Virus record (IMG/VR): IMGVR_UViG_3300020201_000017
DNA from: an uncultured virus (IMG/VR IMGVR_UViG_3300020201_000017)
Lineage: Duplodnaviria; Heunggongvirae; Uroviricota; Caudoviricetes
DNA: 64,000 bases
Strand: one strand, 5' to 3'
The notes under the pieces were generated by a model that saw only the letters and a program-made list of their open reading frames with translations, was not told the DNA's origin and made no database searches. The position numbers were made by a program, and so were the translations under genes. Below, in pieces: positions 17,296 through 27,113 of the stretch; the stretch's first letter is position 1, and each line of letters starts with the position of its first letter.

Positions 17296-17352
17296 AGGAT
17301 TCGATCGCATCATACACAAACTTACCTGAAATTAAATAAGTATTTTGACAAC

Positions 17353-17381
17353 TTGACTATACATATCTGACACACTATCAT
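17353..17381 (+). promoter_or_regulatory. Sigma70-type promoter
   Basis: TTGACT-N17-TATCAT. Confidence 0.6.
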
Positions 17382-17440
17382 TACAATAACGCCAAAAATA
17401 ATTTTGGTGCAAAATATAAACTTTTAACAAAAAGACAATA

Positions 17441-17737
17441 ATGATAGAAAATTTAGAATTAATAGTTAATTACACACATAAAGAAAAATTTACTTTAAAA
17501 ACAAAAGCGATTATGTACTCAGACGAAATACTCCATACTCATGAATGGAACGTTATGGAAACAGATATTGATAACCCAAATCATTTATCAATAGTTAAAT
17601 GTAAACAGTGCTCGCTTACAGCAGTAAGAAAATCTGTAGATAAATATTCGCCTCCATCATTTCAGTACTTTGTACAAAATAATGGAGAAAATAAAGATAC
17701 CTGCAAGTTAAGGTATATTAAAAACATTATCCAGTAA
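17441..17737 (+). CDS. H-x-W/CxxC/C putative zinc-binding protein, copy 1
   Basis: THEW...KCKQC...TCKLRYIKNIIQ. Confidence 0.65.
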   Translation: MIENLELIVNYTHKEKFTLKTKAIMYSDEILHTHEWNVMETDIDNPNHLSIVKCKQCSLTAVRKSVDKYSPPSFQYFVQNNGENKDTCKLRYIKNIIQ

Positions 17738-17756
17738 ACATCACTTTAGGATTTAC

Positions 17757-18023
17757 CTGTATAGTTTCCACAATTATCAAAATAAAAACAGTCATGAGTT
17801 AAGTCATAAGTGGAAAATTATTGGCAATGGTGGATCTAACACACGAAGAGTTATGTTTAGATCAATTGAAACTAAAGATAATCGTCACTTTAAAATGAAG
17901 TGTCAAAAATGTAATTGTACCGGTAAAAAATTTGTTGGACAGTCATCTGAAATATTTTTAGATGATGAAAGTAATAATAATCTTACCTGTGAAGAAATCA
18001 TTATTAAAAATATAATACTTTGA
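17757..18023 (+). CDS. H-x-W/CxxC/C putative zinc-binding protein, copy 2 (not in the ORF track; start uncertain, CTG 17757 or ATG 17853)
   Basis: Manual translation SHKW...KCQKC...LTCEEIIIKNIIL. Confidence 0.55.
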   Translation: MYSFHNYQNKNSHELSHKWKIIGNGGSNTRRVMFRSIETKDNRHFKMKCQKCNCTGKKFVGQSSEIFLDDESNNNLTCEEIIIKNIIL

Positions 18024-18074
18024 CATTAAGTTAGTAGGGAAAAGTTTCTATAAACCTTCTACCTTGGCTGTCAA

Positions 18075-18320
18075 ATGAAACATGCAATTGGCTTATCACA
18101 AGCTATTTGGGCCGTTAATGAAAATCACTCTTGGACAAAATTTATCTTCGAAAAAGAAGATGATGATGGGTACAGTTTCAATAAAATATATTTCAAATGC
18201 AAAGAGTGTGGGTTGGTAGCTCATTATAATGCTGGTGCTGATTGCCCATTTTTACACGATTATGAAACTGATTTTTTAATTAGTTGTGATGAAATAGTGA
18301 TTAAAAATATTATTGAATAA
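18075..18320 (+). CDS. H-x-W/CxxC/C putative zinc-binding protein, copy 3
   Basis: NHSW...KCKEC...SCDEIVIKNIIE. Confidence 0.65.
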   Translation: MKHAIGLSQAIWAVNENHSWTKFIFEKEDDDGYSFNKIYFKCKECGLVAHYNAGADCPFLHDYETDFLISCDEIVIKNIIE

Positions 18321-18538
18321 ACAGATTGTTAGCTTATAAAACTTTTAAATTAAAGTTAATATTTTTATGTTAAAAGCTTCAAATTACATGTCGCTGCTTA
18401 CATAATTAAGCGTGCTAACAAATATATAAAATAAATATTTTATGGTTTAACGACTAGGCCAAGTCAAAATGTCTTCTTTTATAGAATTAGGTCTGACATC
18501 TGTTTTATGATATAAAAATAAAAATTAATAGATAAATA

Positions 18539-18567
18539 TTGACATCCATATTCAACGACGCTATTAT
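18539..18567 (+). promoter_or_regulatory. Sigma70-type promoter P1 of the AAA/vWA operon
   Basis: TTGACA-N17-TATTAT. Confidence 0.7.
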
Positions 18568-18630
18568 CTTTACTATGAAACGAACAGCTTGCAAAATTGC
18601 TCGTCCTGACAAATAAAGTTGAAAAAACGT

Positions 18631-18659
18631 TTGACGGGCACCGCTCAAGGTGATAAGCT
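18631..18659 (+). promoter_or_regulatory. Sigma70-type promoter P2 of the AAA/vWA operon
   Basis: TTGACG-N17-TAAGCT with TG extension. Confidence 0.6.
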
Positions 18660-18732
18660 GTCTTCGTAAGGTTGATTCAAAGAAAATAATTTAAACAAAT
18701 TCAATAGAAATATTAACTGGAGTATATAAAAT

Positions 18733-20067
18733 ATGTTAACTGACGTACCTAAAATTGATCAAGAGAAAATGGCTTTTATCTTCCGCCACGGAATTCGCTC
18801 AGGTGCGAATATCCTGGTTCTAGGACCATCGGGCAGCGGCAAGACAATTATTGCAAAGGCAATTGCTGAAGACCAAAAATGCCAGCTGGTTTATGTTAAC
18901 CTTGCAGTTCTTGAACGAACTGACTTTCAAGGTCTTCCCGTTCTATCTGTAGCCCAGGATACCGTAAACTACGCGACTCCCGAGTTCCTTCCATTTACTG
19001 ATAAGAGTCAGGACGAAGCTATTGCAAAGTTTATGCAAGTCAAAGAAGTACTTTCCAAGAGTAAGAGCAAGGATCGTAAAGAACTTCTCGAAATGGTTGA
19101 TAAAAGAATCGAAGAACTTAGAGTGCGAGATGATCGCGCTAAGTTAGGCGCTGTTCTTCCATATCTTACAGGAGGCGATTTTACTGCAATGATTAAGGAA
19201 ATGAAAGATACTACGGCCGACTTTGATCGTCCAATTGTTTTCCTTTTTGATGAAGCTGATAAAGCAGCTCATGAAGTTAATCAGACTCTTCTAGAGTTTC
19301 TCCAGTTTCGATCAATCAATGGTCGTAAACTAAATATTCAAGCATGTATTCTCACAGGCAATCTTCCCGATGAACATGCTCATACGTCCCAACTTTCTCA
19401 CGCAATTACGAAGCGATGCCAGACTTATCATTTGGAATTGGATTTCATGCAATGGCGTAAATGGGCAATGCAAAGTGGAATGCACGAGCAATTTATCGGA
19501 TTTCTTAATTCTAACCAAGATATGCTTTACCAAAAGGCGATTGATGATGATCCAACTTGTTATGCAATGCCTTCTCCACGTACTTGGGAACAGGCAAGTT
19601 CAGCTCTGAAAGATCTTGAACAGGATAAAGAATATCATGCAATGTCTAATTCTGACAAAGGTGATGCAATGAGAACTACAATTATTGCTGGTAACGTCGG
19701 TCACACCGCAGCTACTAAGTTTTCAGTTTGGTATAAGCACTATTGCAAGCTTGACCCAACAATTGATGCGCTCTGTGACAAAGGCAAGTTCCCAGATAAA
19801 CTATCACTTCAAGATCAATTCGTTGTCGCTTTATCAGCTTCAAGTAAGGTTTATGCCTCGCTGAAGCCAAATAACGAGAAAGAGATTAAAAAAATTGTCA
19901 AGAATGTTTACTCTTGGTTTGATACACTTGATATCGATGTTGCCCATGGTGTTATCCGTATCGGTTTTGGTCGTGACTTCGAACGTGTAAAACAATATAA
20001 ACTTGCGGAAATTGAAGAGTTTACTAATTGTTTTAAGAAAATTACAGCTCAGTTCGAAAGTAAATAA
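18733..20067 (+). CDS. MoxR-like AAA+ ATPase
   Basis: GPSGSGKT, D-x-x-GLP, FLFDE, TGN, PSPRTW. Confidence 0.88.
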   Translation: MLTDVPKIDQEKMAFIFRHGIRSGANILVLGPSGSGKTIIAKAIAEDQKCQLVYVNLAVLERTDFQGLPVLSVAQDTVNYATPEFLPFTDKSQDEAIAKFMQVKEVLSKSKSKDRKELLEMVDKRIEELRVRDDRAKLGAVLPYLTGGDFTAMIKEMKDTTADFDRPIVFLFDEADKAAHEVNQTLLEFLQFRSINGRKLNIQACILTGNLPDEHAHTSQLSHAITKRCQTYHLELDFMQWRKWAMQSGMHEQFIGFLNSNQDMLYQKAIDDDPTCYAMPSPRTWEQASSALKDLEQDKEYHAMSNSDKGDAMRTTIIAGNVGHTAATKFSVWYKHYCKLDPTIDALCDKGKFPDKLSLQDQFVVALSASSKVYASLKPNNEKEIKKIVKNVYSWFDTLDIDVAHGVIRIGFGRDFERVKQYKLAEIEEFTNCFKKITAQFESK

Positions 20068-20094
20068 TTAACAAAAGTAAAAAGGAATAAACAA

Positions 20095-21570
20095 ATGTCA
20101 AACCAAAGGTTAAATGATCCCAAAAATATTGCAGGCGATAAGCACAAAGCTCTTCAGGATAAACTCCTGTTGGCTCAAGCAAAACTAGCTCGCAGTCCAG
20201 ATAAAGGTGGTATACCATTTGTTTATTCCTTTGCGGCTGTTAAAGTTCATGAACTAGATGATATGACTCTCCCAATTCTTGATGAAAAGGGCGAAAAGGT
20301 CAAGCAACTGAAAACTGCTGCCACTGATGGAAACAAATATAAATGGTCTCCAGATTTTCTTGAGAAACTAACTACGGATGAGACTGCTTTAGTGATGGCT
20401 CATGAAACATACCATATTGTTATGCAGCATTGTAATATCAATCGAGTACAGTCTCGTAACCGTATGCTTTGGAACCTAGCGATTGATTATATTGTTAATA
20501 ATTCAATTGAACATGATAAACGTTATGCCAATGTTATTTCAGCTTACATAGCTGATCATGCATACAGTCAAAATGATTGGGATAAAACGCCTCATCCTAT
20601 GTGGAATGGTAATTTTGGTCATCCAAAAATCATGAAAGATCTTCTTAAAGATATCGAGAAGATGGTTAAAGAATATGCTGGGAATGGTAATAAGCCTAAG
20701 AAGCCAGATCCAAATGAAGCTGAACCTCCACCAGTCATTTTTGTTGATTATTCACTCTGGGGCAAGTCTGCTGAGGAAATTTATAATATGCTTCAACAGA
20801 AAATGGACGAAGAGAAGGAGAAAAATGGTATCAGTGCTGTTGATGGCATGTCCGATCAGGAAATGAAAGAAATGATGGAGGCTTATGGTGTTGGTGAGAC
20901 CCTCGATGCGCACGAGGCAGCCGACGTTGATAGACATAAACTCTTGGAAGATATTCTTAACGCAATGGAGTCAACTAAAAAACTAGCAGGTTCTGTGCCA
21001 GGATCTTTAGAAGAATTTCTTAAAGAGTTAATGGAACCCAAGTTGCGTTGGCAGGATCTGGTGAAGCATGCTATTCAAAAAAAGCGTCAGGAAAAGGGAG
21101 CTTATAATGATTGGACAAGGTTTCGCCGGCGTCCTTTAAGTTTAAAAATGTGGAGACCTAAGAAGAAAGATGATACGATCACTTGGGTTTGCATGTTAGA
21201 TACTTCTGGTTCCATGACTAATGATGACATTGCATATGGCATTTCACAACTAAAGGTGCTTGACGGCAAGAGCAGGGGTTATGTTGTGCCTTGTGATACT
21301 GAATGTTACTGGGATAAGATGAAGGAAATTAGGAGTATGAATGATTTACCTAAAGTTAACGTAGTAGGTCGTGGAGGGACAGTCTTTAATAGATTCTTCT
21401 CTGAATGGAAAAAACGTATTCGAGATCCTGTTGATCTTATTATTGTAATTACCGATGGTTATTTTTCTGTAGATTTTCCAAAACCTACAACCGATGTAGT
21501 GTGGGTAATTACAAACGATCACGATCCTAAATTGCCATGGGGACGCACAGCTCCTCTTCGTAGTTTTTAA
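20095..21570 (+). CDS. DUF2201-type metallopeptidase plus vWA domain protein
   Basis: TAATDG, HETYH (HExxH), WN-x-A-x-D; MIDAS DTSGSM, GRGGT, TDG. Confidence 0.9.
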   Translation: MSNQRLNDPKNIAGDKHKALQDKLLLAQAKLARSPDKGGIPFVYSFAAVKVHELDDMTLPILDEKGEKVKQLKTAATDGNKYKWSPDFLEKLTTDETALVMAHETYHIVMQHCNINRVQSRNRMLWNLAIDYIVNNSIEHDKRYANVISAYIADHAYSQNDWDKTPHPMWNGNFGHPKIMKDLLKDIEKMVKEYAGNGNKPKKPDPNEAEPPPVIFVDYSLWGKSAEEIYNMLQQKMDEEKEKNGISAVDGMSDQEMKEMMEAYGVGETLDAHEAADVDRHKLLEDILNAMESTKKLAGSVPGSLEEFLKELMEPKLRWQDLVKHAIQKKRQEKGAYNDWTRFRRRPLSLKMWRPKKKDDTITWVCMLDTSGSMTNDDIAYGISQLKVLDGKSRGYVVPCDTECYWDKMKEIRSMNDLPKVNVVGRGGTVFNRFFSEWKKRIRDPVDLIIVITDGYFSVDFPKPTTDVVWVITNDHDPKLPWGRTAPLRSF

Positions 21571-21623
21571 AATAACTAAGAAGAACAATTGTATCATTAC
21601 GGCAAAAATAAAACATAAGTAAA

Positions 21624-21669
21624 TCGATAAAATTATCGAGAGCCCACTAATTTTAAATAGTTAGTGGGC
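21624..21669 (+). promoter_or_regulatory. Two stem-loops directly upstream of the homing endonuclease start
   Basis: TCGATAA/TTATCGA and GCCCACTAA-N10-TTAGTGGGC. Confidence 0.55.
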
Positions 21670-21672
21670 ATT

Positions 21673-22830
21673 ATGCTATCAGACATACAAAAAGAAATTT
21701 TAAACGGAACAATGCTTGGTGATGCCTCAATTGGAGGCCCAACTCATACCACCAAAAAAGCTCGTATGAAAATTGAAAGATGCTGTGCGGATAAGGCTTA
21801 CTTAGAAGCTGTGTATGAATATTTTAAAGATTTATGTAATAGCGGTATTAATTGTAAAGATCGTTTTGATAAAAGGTATCAAAAAACTTATTGTTCAACG
21901 AAATTTAGAACAAGGTGCAATCAAGATTTATATATTGAATATTTACGTTGGTATCCTGGTAACGGATCTAAAATAGTTCCGCGCGATTTAGTTCTTACAC
22001 CATTATCATTAGCTATATGGTTTGCAGATGATGGCCATATTTGTGCAAAAGATGGTAAAAAATCTTGCCGCATGAAATTTTCTACCGAATCATTTACACT
22101 AGATGATGTGAAGTTTTTAATACAACAGTTAAAAAATGTTACTAATCAAGATTTTATGTATTGCCATAAAGATGAGAAAAATCGACCAGATCAATATGTA
22201 ATATATGGTAATTCCGAACAAACTCGTCCAACAATGAAACTTATATCACCGTATTTATTACAATTTAATATGGAACGTAAAGTTTATGATATTGAAGATT
22301 ATACAAAGCAATTAAAAAAACAATTGCATATATTAAATTTTGTTAAAGAAAATCCAAATTGTAGCTTGCAAGACATTTATAATAATTTAGATTTGGATTA
22401 TCATCACATAAGATCACTATTAACAATTAAAGATTATGTTATATTCACAAAATCTATTAAAGATGGTAGAAATAAAACATATAAAATTTCAGAATCCGGT
22501 TTGCATTTTTTAGAAAACCACCCATTTAAACAGGAATTTCAGTTAAAGTCTAAAAGAACGAAAGTATTAATGACAGAACAGTTTAAAAATATATTAATTA
22601 ATATTTTAAATTATATAAATGAGCATGATAATCCTACTCGAAAAGAAATTTATACTGCATTAAAAAATTTAGGAAAGAATGGCGTTAAAAACGTATTGGG
22701 TTTTGAAATATATCAACAATATTTTTATAAAAAAACAGTGTCTGGTAAAATAAGAGAATTGGAATATATTATCTCACCAACTGGATTGCAATTTATTCTT
22801 GAAAACCCTCTTCCTTATGTCAATCTTTAA
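21673..22830 (+). CDS. Free-standing LAGLIDADG homing endonuclease with C-terminal winged-helix-like repeats
   Basis: ILNGTMLGDASI and LAIWFADDG motifs; two C-terminal repeats ending Y-x-IS-x-x-GL-x-F. Confidence 0.85.
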   Translation: MLSDIQKEILNGTMLGDASIGGPTHTTKKARMKIERCCADKAYLEAVYEYFKDLCNSGINCKDRFDKRYQKTYCSTKFRTRCNQDLYIEYLRWYPGNGSKIVPRDLVLTPLSLAIWFADDGHICAKDGKKSCRMKFSTESFTLDDVKFLIQQLKNVTNQDFMYCHKDEKNRPDQYVIYGNSEQTRPTMKLISPYLLQFNMERKVYDIEDYTKQLKKQLHILNFVKENPNCSLQDIYNNLDLDYHHIRSLLTIKDYVIFTKSIKDGRNKTYKISESGLHFLENHPFKQEFQLKSKRTKVLMTEQFKNILINILNYINEHDNPTRKEIYTALKNLGKNGVKNVLGFEIYQQYFYKKTVSGKIRELEYIISPTGLQFILENPLPYVNL

Positions 22831-22928
22831 TATGATAAATAATTTTTAAAAAATTAAAAACTAATGATATATAAACAATTGAGGAAACCAATTCTCATAT
22901 ATACCATTAAAATTTAATAAGGATACAA

Positions 22929-23405
22929 ATGCAGAGATTCAGGCTAGATTTATTTCCATCGAAAGATTCTGATGGTCAGATATTTTATGTGGGCAGGTTT
23001 CAGGCTCCGATGTCAATAAACTTATCTAAAGGTGTTGCTTTTTTAATTTATCCTGAAATGGAAGTTCCGGAGCTACACATTGGTCCACTTGACAGTCCTG
23101 ATCTTTCCTCTGTTTTTGATTATTACAACAAGCGTGATGAGAAGTTATCGAAGACTAAACATGGAAACATACCTATATCATTAACTCCACGTTTCAGTTT
23201 GGATAAGAATCGTAACAATAGGAAGTTTTATGTGGGGAAATTAAAACTTGATGCCACGATAGACGCATCAGAAGGTTTAGTATTTTTGGTATTTCTTTGT
23301 GATGAGGGTGATGAAGAGTTGCAGATAGCCGGCGTAAACATTGCCAAATTAAATAAGAAAAAACATGAAAATATAAAACAATTTGAGAGGTTTGACAAGA
23401 GGTAA
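22929..23405 (+). CDS. Hypothetical protein with an internal duplication
   Basis: FYVG...I...G-x-x-FL...EL-x-I occurs twice. Confidence 0.7.
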   Translation: MQRFRLDLFPSKDSDGQIFYVGRFQAPMSINLSKGVAFLIYPEMEVPELHIGPLDSPDLSSVFDYYNKRDEKLSKTKHGNIPISLTPRFSLDKNRNNRKFYVGKLKLDATIDASEGLVFLVFLCDEGDEELQIAGVNIAKLNKKKHENIKQFERFDKR

Positions 23406-23420
23406 TGATTATGGTATACT
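23392..23420 (+). promoter_or_regulatory. Sigma70-type promoter
   Basis: TTGACA-N17-TATACT with TG extension. Confidence 0.75.
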
Positions 23421-23469
23421 TTTTGTTAGGATTGATGGTAATTTTAACAACTAAGGAGTAATAATAATA

Positions 23470-23874
23470 ATGAACAATGTAAGTTTCGCATATTTTAGGG
23501 CTATTAAATCAAATAAAAAGGTTGGAAACATATGCGCATGCATTCAGAAATTGACTGAAGATGAGAGTATTGTAAGTTTTTCTTATTGTTCACCGCATGA
23601 TATTTTTAATAAACCAAAAGCTAGAGCCTTAGCTAAGGATCGTTTAAATCAAGGTGTTAATATAGCTGGTAAAACTAATATTCAGAAGACAGCTTTGAAT
23701 GGATTATTAAATCAGGCAAATATTGGTTGTGTTCCAAGTTGGGTGAGCACGGCGTTAAAGAGCGGCAATTTATATTTAGGTTTAACTCAGCAGGGGGAAT
23801 TAAACGTAGCCATTGTGAATAAATCTAATAATGGATTTTACTTAAGTGGAGTTGATCGTGTAACAAGGTATTGA
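23470..23874 (+). CDS. Phage-type hypothetical protein
   Basis: AAGGAG RBS; CS-x-x-D-x-F-x-K-x-x-AR-x-LA-x-x-R motif. Confidence 0.7.
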   Translation: MNNVSFAYFRAIKSNKKVGNICACIQKLTEDESIVSFSYCSPHDIFNKPKARALAKDRLNQGVNIAGKTNIQKTALNGLLNQANIGCVPSWVSTALKSGNLYLGLTQQGELNVAIVNKSNNGFYLSGVDRVTRY

Positions 23875-24188
23875 TGGCAAAAATTAAATTAATAATTAGA
23901 TATGCAGTAAAGAATGAGTGTTCTTATATATTACCATTAGAATATGAATCTGCTGAAAAATTAAAGGAATATTTTGAAAAAACAGTTCGTTCAAGTGCCA
24001 GGAATGGAAAGGTTAGTAAAAAGAAACCTGGGTCATTTATTGATGGCAGTTTTATATTATTAGGACGAGAATTCAATTGTTGTGATTTTTTACAAACAGG
24101 CGGTTTATATTTGGGACCAGAAATTTCCGAGCTTGAAAAATGGTTTGAAGATAATAAACTTGGTAAAAACAGAAATAGTTCAACATGA
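23874..24188 (+). CDS. Hypothetical protein
   Basis: P-x-EYESAE...P-x-I-x-x-L-x-x-WF. Confidence 0.6.
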   Translation: MAKIKLIIRYAVKNECSYILPLEYESAEKLKEYFEKTVRSSARNGKVSKKKPGSFIDGSFILLGREFNCCDFLQTGGLYLGPEISELEKWFEDNKLGKNRNSST

Positions 24189-24289
24189 TAGAGTAGTTAA
24201 TTATTAAAATTTTTATAATATAAAAGTCGAGTGTTTCATTAGGTTTATTATAAATGATTGGCTGTTAAAAATTTAAAAGGAATAAAATT

Positions 24290-24646
24290 ATGGATAAAAA
24301 AGTGATAATGATTTTGGTTGGATTTTTGTTTGGACTTTTGCTTTCCGTTCCGGTTATTTACAGGAATGGAGTTGAGAGTGATGCAATAATCAGTGCTTTA
24401 ACTGATACGCTGGTTAAGACTAAAAAAGAGGCGGTACGTTCTAGATTTAATGAAAATGTTTGTATTGAGATGTTAGCAACATGTAATACGGTTGCTTTTG
24501 ATTTAATGACAGAGTTGGATCTATGTGTTAAAGGTTGTGGTATTAAGATTTTCGATTTAAGTTTAGAGCCCGAATTAGAAAGCAAAGATGATTCTGAGTT
24601 AACCAAACATGATGCGTGCCGTGGTCATTATTGTTGGAACCTTTGA
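24290..24646 (+). CDS. Membrane-anchored hypothetical protein
   Basis: N-terminal TM helix, AAGGA RBS. Confidence 0.6.
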   Translation: MDKKVIMILVGFLFGLLLSVPVIYRNGVESDAIISALTDTLVKTKKEAVRSRFNENVCIEMLATCNTVAFDLMTELDLCVKGCGIKIFDLSLEPELESKDDSELTKHDACRGHYCWNL

Positions 24647-24673
24647 TGTCAAAAGTTTTACGAGCAAAAGTAT

Positions 24674-24988
24674 ATGGTTGATAAAGCAATTAACTTTTCG
24701 AGTTTAAAAAGCTCAAATCATTTTGAGGATTTATGGGAAAGTGCTGAGAAAGTGGCCGCCCAATCATATGGTGAAAGCTCGGTTGGAGAGCTTATTAATA
24801 CTATCAAAAGCAATTTAATGTTATTACGAAATGATAATGTTGACACTCAGGGATATCTTATTGGCAAGATATTATTTGATTTATCTTACTTATCTCAAAA
24901 AATAAATGTAAATGTGTACGGGGCATTACATGAAGTGGTTGAGGATGTGAAAACTGATATTTTAGAAAATGCTTTAGCGATTGACTAG
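24674..24988 (+). CDS. Hypothetical protein, weakly MazG-like helical fold
   Basis: IGKILFDLSYLSQKINVNVYGAL resembles the MazG C-terminal helix pair without its acidic residues. Confidence 0.35.
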   Translation: MVDKAINFSSLKSSNHFEDLWESAEKVAAQSYGESSVGELINTIKSNLMLLRNDNVDTQGYLIGKILFDLSYLSQKINVNVYGALHEVVEDVKTDILENALAID

Positions 24989-25009
24989 CTGTGTAATTTA
25001 TGATATAGT
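24981..25009 (+). promoter_or_regulatory. Sigma70-type promoter, probably leaderless for 25016
   Basis: TTGACT-N17-TATAGT with TG extension; ATG 6 nt after the -10. Confidence 0.7.
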
Positions 25010-25015
25010 GATAGT

Positions 25016-25705
25016 ATGAAATTAAATTCAATTATTTCCATAATTCTCACTAGTTTGTTTCTATCAAACATTGCTGCTGGAGATCCTCTTATAGAGGGCA
25101 ATCCTCTTCCATTATTGTCAGAACTGCTTGCCAAGCCAGTGGTTATGAAAACGTGTCCAGGCTTTGTTGTGATTGAGTGGCGCGGTACTCAGAACAAGCC
25201 CGAAACAAAGCAAACAATTAGGGGCGAAAAGGTTATTGAGCTGACATGTTCTCTTAGTGTAAAGTTATTTGATGAATTTATTTTAAATGAAGGATTGAGT
25301 AAAAAAAATAATCGGAAACCTCATATTGGGATCAGTTTACTTCCATGGGATGTTATTGGTACAGGAAATAAGTGGGGTGATGGTGATGGGGATGATTATA
25401 GAAACTTAAATGATACAACATTTAGGTTTAAAGATCGAACAAAGTTTACAGGACCCAATGGTGGAGAGATTGATTTGTGGGGAGTAACTGAGCGAAAGCT
25501 TTCTCATATTTTTATTAGAAACGATCCATTAACTAATGATAATGAGCCTCATCGTGTATTCTTCAAGGTATTAAGTCATGAAATTTTTCACACACTTAGT
25601 AATCATTATGGTATCTTTAAAAGTTTAGGAAGAGACAAGCAATATAAAGATGAGCAGTTGGCTTTAAAATTTGATGCATTTGTTTTAAAAAGGGTTAATT
25701 GGTAA
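25016..25705 (+). CDS. Exported zincin-like metallopeptidase
   Basis: Signal peptide; LSHEIFH (HExxH) with a downstream DE-x-x-A. Confidence 0.6.
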   Translation: MKLNSIISIILTSLFLSNIAAGDPLIEGNPLPLLSELLAKPVVMKTCPGFVVIEWRGTQNKPETKQTIRGEKVIELTCSLSVKLFDEFILNEGLSKKNNRKPHIGISLLPWDVIGTGNKWGDGDGDDYRNLNDTTFRFKDRTKFTGPNGGEIDLWGVTERKLSHIFIRNDPLTNDNEPHRVFFKVLSHEIFHTLSNHYGIFKSLGRDKQYKDEQLALKFDAFVLKRVNW

Positions 25706-25708
25706 TAT

Positions 25709-26452
25709 ATGAATCAAATTTTAGTACCAAAAGATGTGAGAATAGCTGTTATTGGTGATGTTCACGAACATGATGAACAATTTTTTAAAATTATTGATCG
25801 TATAAAGCCTGATGGTAAAACTTGGTTTGTTTCTGTTGGTGATGTGATCGATAAGGGTTTTGGTACTGAATCTTTTAACAAAATCACTTGCGAATTAATG
25901 AATTATCAAAAATGCGGCTTTGGTTTTGCTGTTCGTGGCAATCATGAAATTAAAGTTTTAAAAAGTGCTAAGAAAGAAGGGAAGCTTTCTAAAGAGCTTG
26001 CTTGGTGGAAAGATCAGCCATTATGTTTGAGGTTTAAATTTCCAAACGATCATACGCTAACTGTCGTACATGCAGGCATTTGCCCAAACCATACTTTAAG
26101 CGATCTGTACAGGGATTATTCAGTATGTTATGTGCGTGAGGTTGATGAAGATGGTAAAATGATTTCGTTAGTCTGGAAAGAAATTGATGGAAAGAAAACA
26201 TTAACAAAACCTCGATCTGGTATTAATTGGCATGAATTATATCAGGGTAAATTTGGATATGTGGCATCTGGGCACAATGCTCAGAAAGATGGCGAAGCTA
26301 AATATTATGGATACTCTTGTAATTTAGATTCGGCAGTATATGATACGGGTAAGCTAACTTGCCAGGTTTTTAATAATCGCGGTGGCTTAGATGAAAAAGT
26401 CATAGTGACTGGCGGCTGTTTTAAAACGAAATTAAATATAAATTATGAATAA
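25709..26452 (+). CDS. Calcineurin-like metallophosphoesterase (PrpE/ApaH-like)
   Basis: GDVHE, GDVIDKG, GNHE, HAG, GH, LDS. Confidence 0.88.
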   Translation: MNQILVPKDVRIAVIGDVHEHDEQFFKIIDRIKPDGKTWFVSVGDVIDKGFGTESFNKITCELMNYQKCGFGFAVRGNHEIKVLKSAKKEGKLSKELAWWKDQPLCLRFKFPNDHTLTVVHAGICPNHTLSDLYRDYSVCYVREVDEDGKMISLVWKEIDGKKTLTKPRSGINWHELYQGKFGYVASGHNAQKDGEAKYYGYSCNLDSAVYDTGKLTCQVFNNRGGLDEKVIVTGGCFKTKLNINYE

Positions 26453-27113
26453 AATTATTAAAAAAATTATTAAAAATCTGTATGCTTTACCAACGCCCGT
26501 TGAATTGGGGCATAGTGAGCGTAATGCTTTACCATGGGATAAAAATGTTGGTAATCCTGATGGATCATATTCTTGGGAAGATTATCATAAAGAAACAAGA
26601 GATAAGTTTCCTATTAGATATTTTATCAACAAAGTTTTATTTTTTAAAATTAGCTGTTGGTATAAGTGGTATGTTGAAGATTCTATTTATTGGTTTAAAT
26701 CTTTCTTGATACAACGAGATCATATTATGGATCTTAGAAGCAATGTTGAATGCATTGAATATGGTAAATATAAATGGGGATATACGGATCCTGAACACGT
26801 TTTATTTTTGGCTGTATATAAATCTTTTCAGAAATATGTAGATGAGATTAACATTAATCATGGCTCTATTGAGGAGAGGATTAAAATTTTTGAAAATCAA
26901 AATGATAGTTTTATGCCAGCAAATGATCAGGCATGGATTAAGCATTATAAAGAGGTTCGTGAAATTTATAATTTTTTTAATATTGATTTGCCAGCACAAA
27001 TTAATAATGTGACAGACAATAAGAACTATTATGAAAACGCGGAAAAGTTACAAGAAGTTATAACGGAAAATTTAATTAAAATTATTAAAATGCGAAGAAT
27101 GATGTGGACGTAA
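26445..27113 (+). CDS. Phage-type hypothetical protein
   Basis: 222 aa; ends IIKMRRMMWT. Confidence 0.7.
   Translation: MNKIIKKIIKNLYALPTPVELGHSERNALPWDKNVGNPDGSYSWEDYHKETRDKFPIRYFINKVLFFKISCWYKWYVEDSIYWFKSFLIQRDHIMDLRSNVECIEYGKYKWGYTDPEHVLFLAVYKSFQKYVDEININHGSIEERIKIFENQNDSFMPANDQAWIKHYKEVREIYNFFNIDLPAQINNVTDNKNYYENAEKLQEVITENLIKIIKMRRMMWT

Noticed and set aside
18321..18538. Possible tRNA or structured ncRNA in the long intergenic region
   Set aside because: No cloverleaf, T-loop consensus or convincing stems found by eye; an Infernal or tRNAscan-SE run would be decisive
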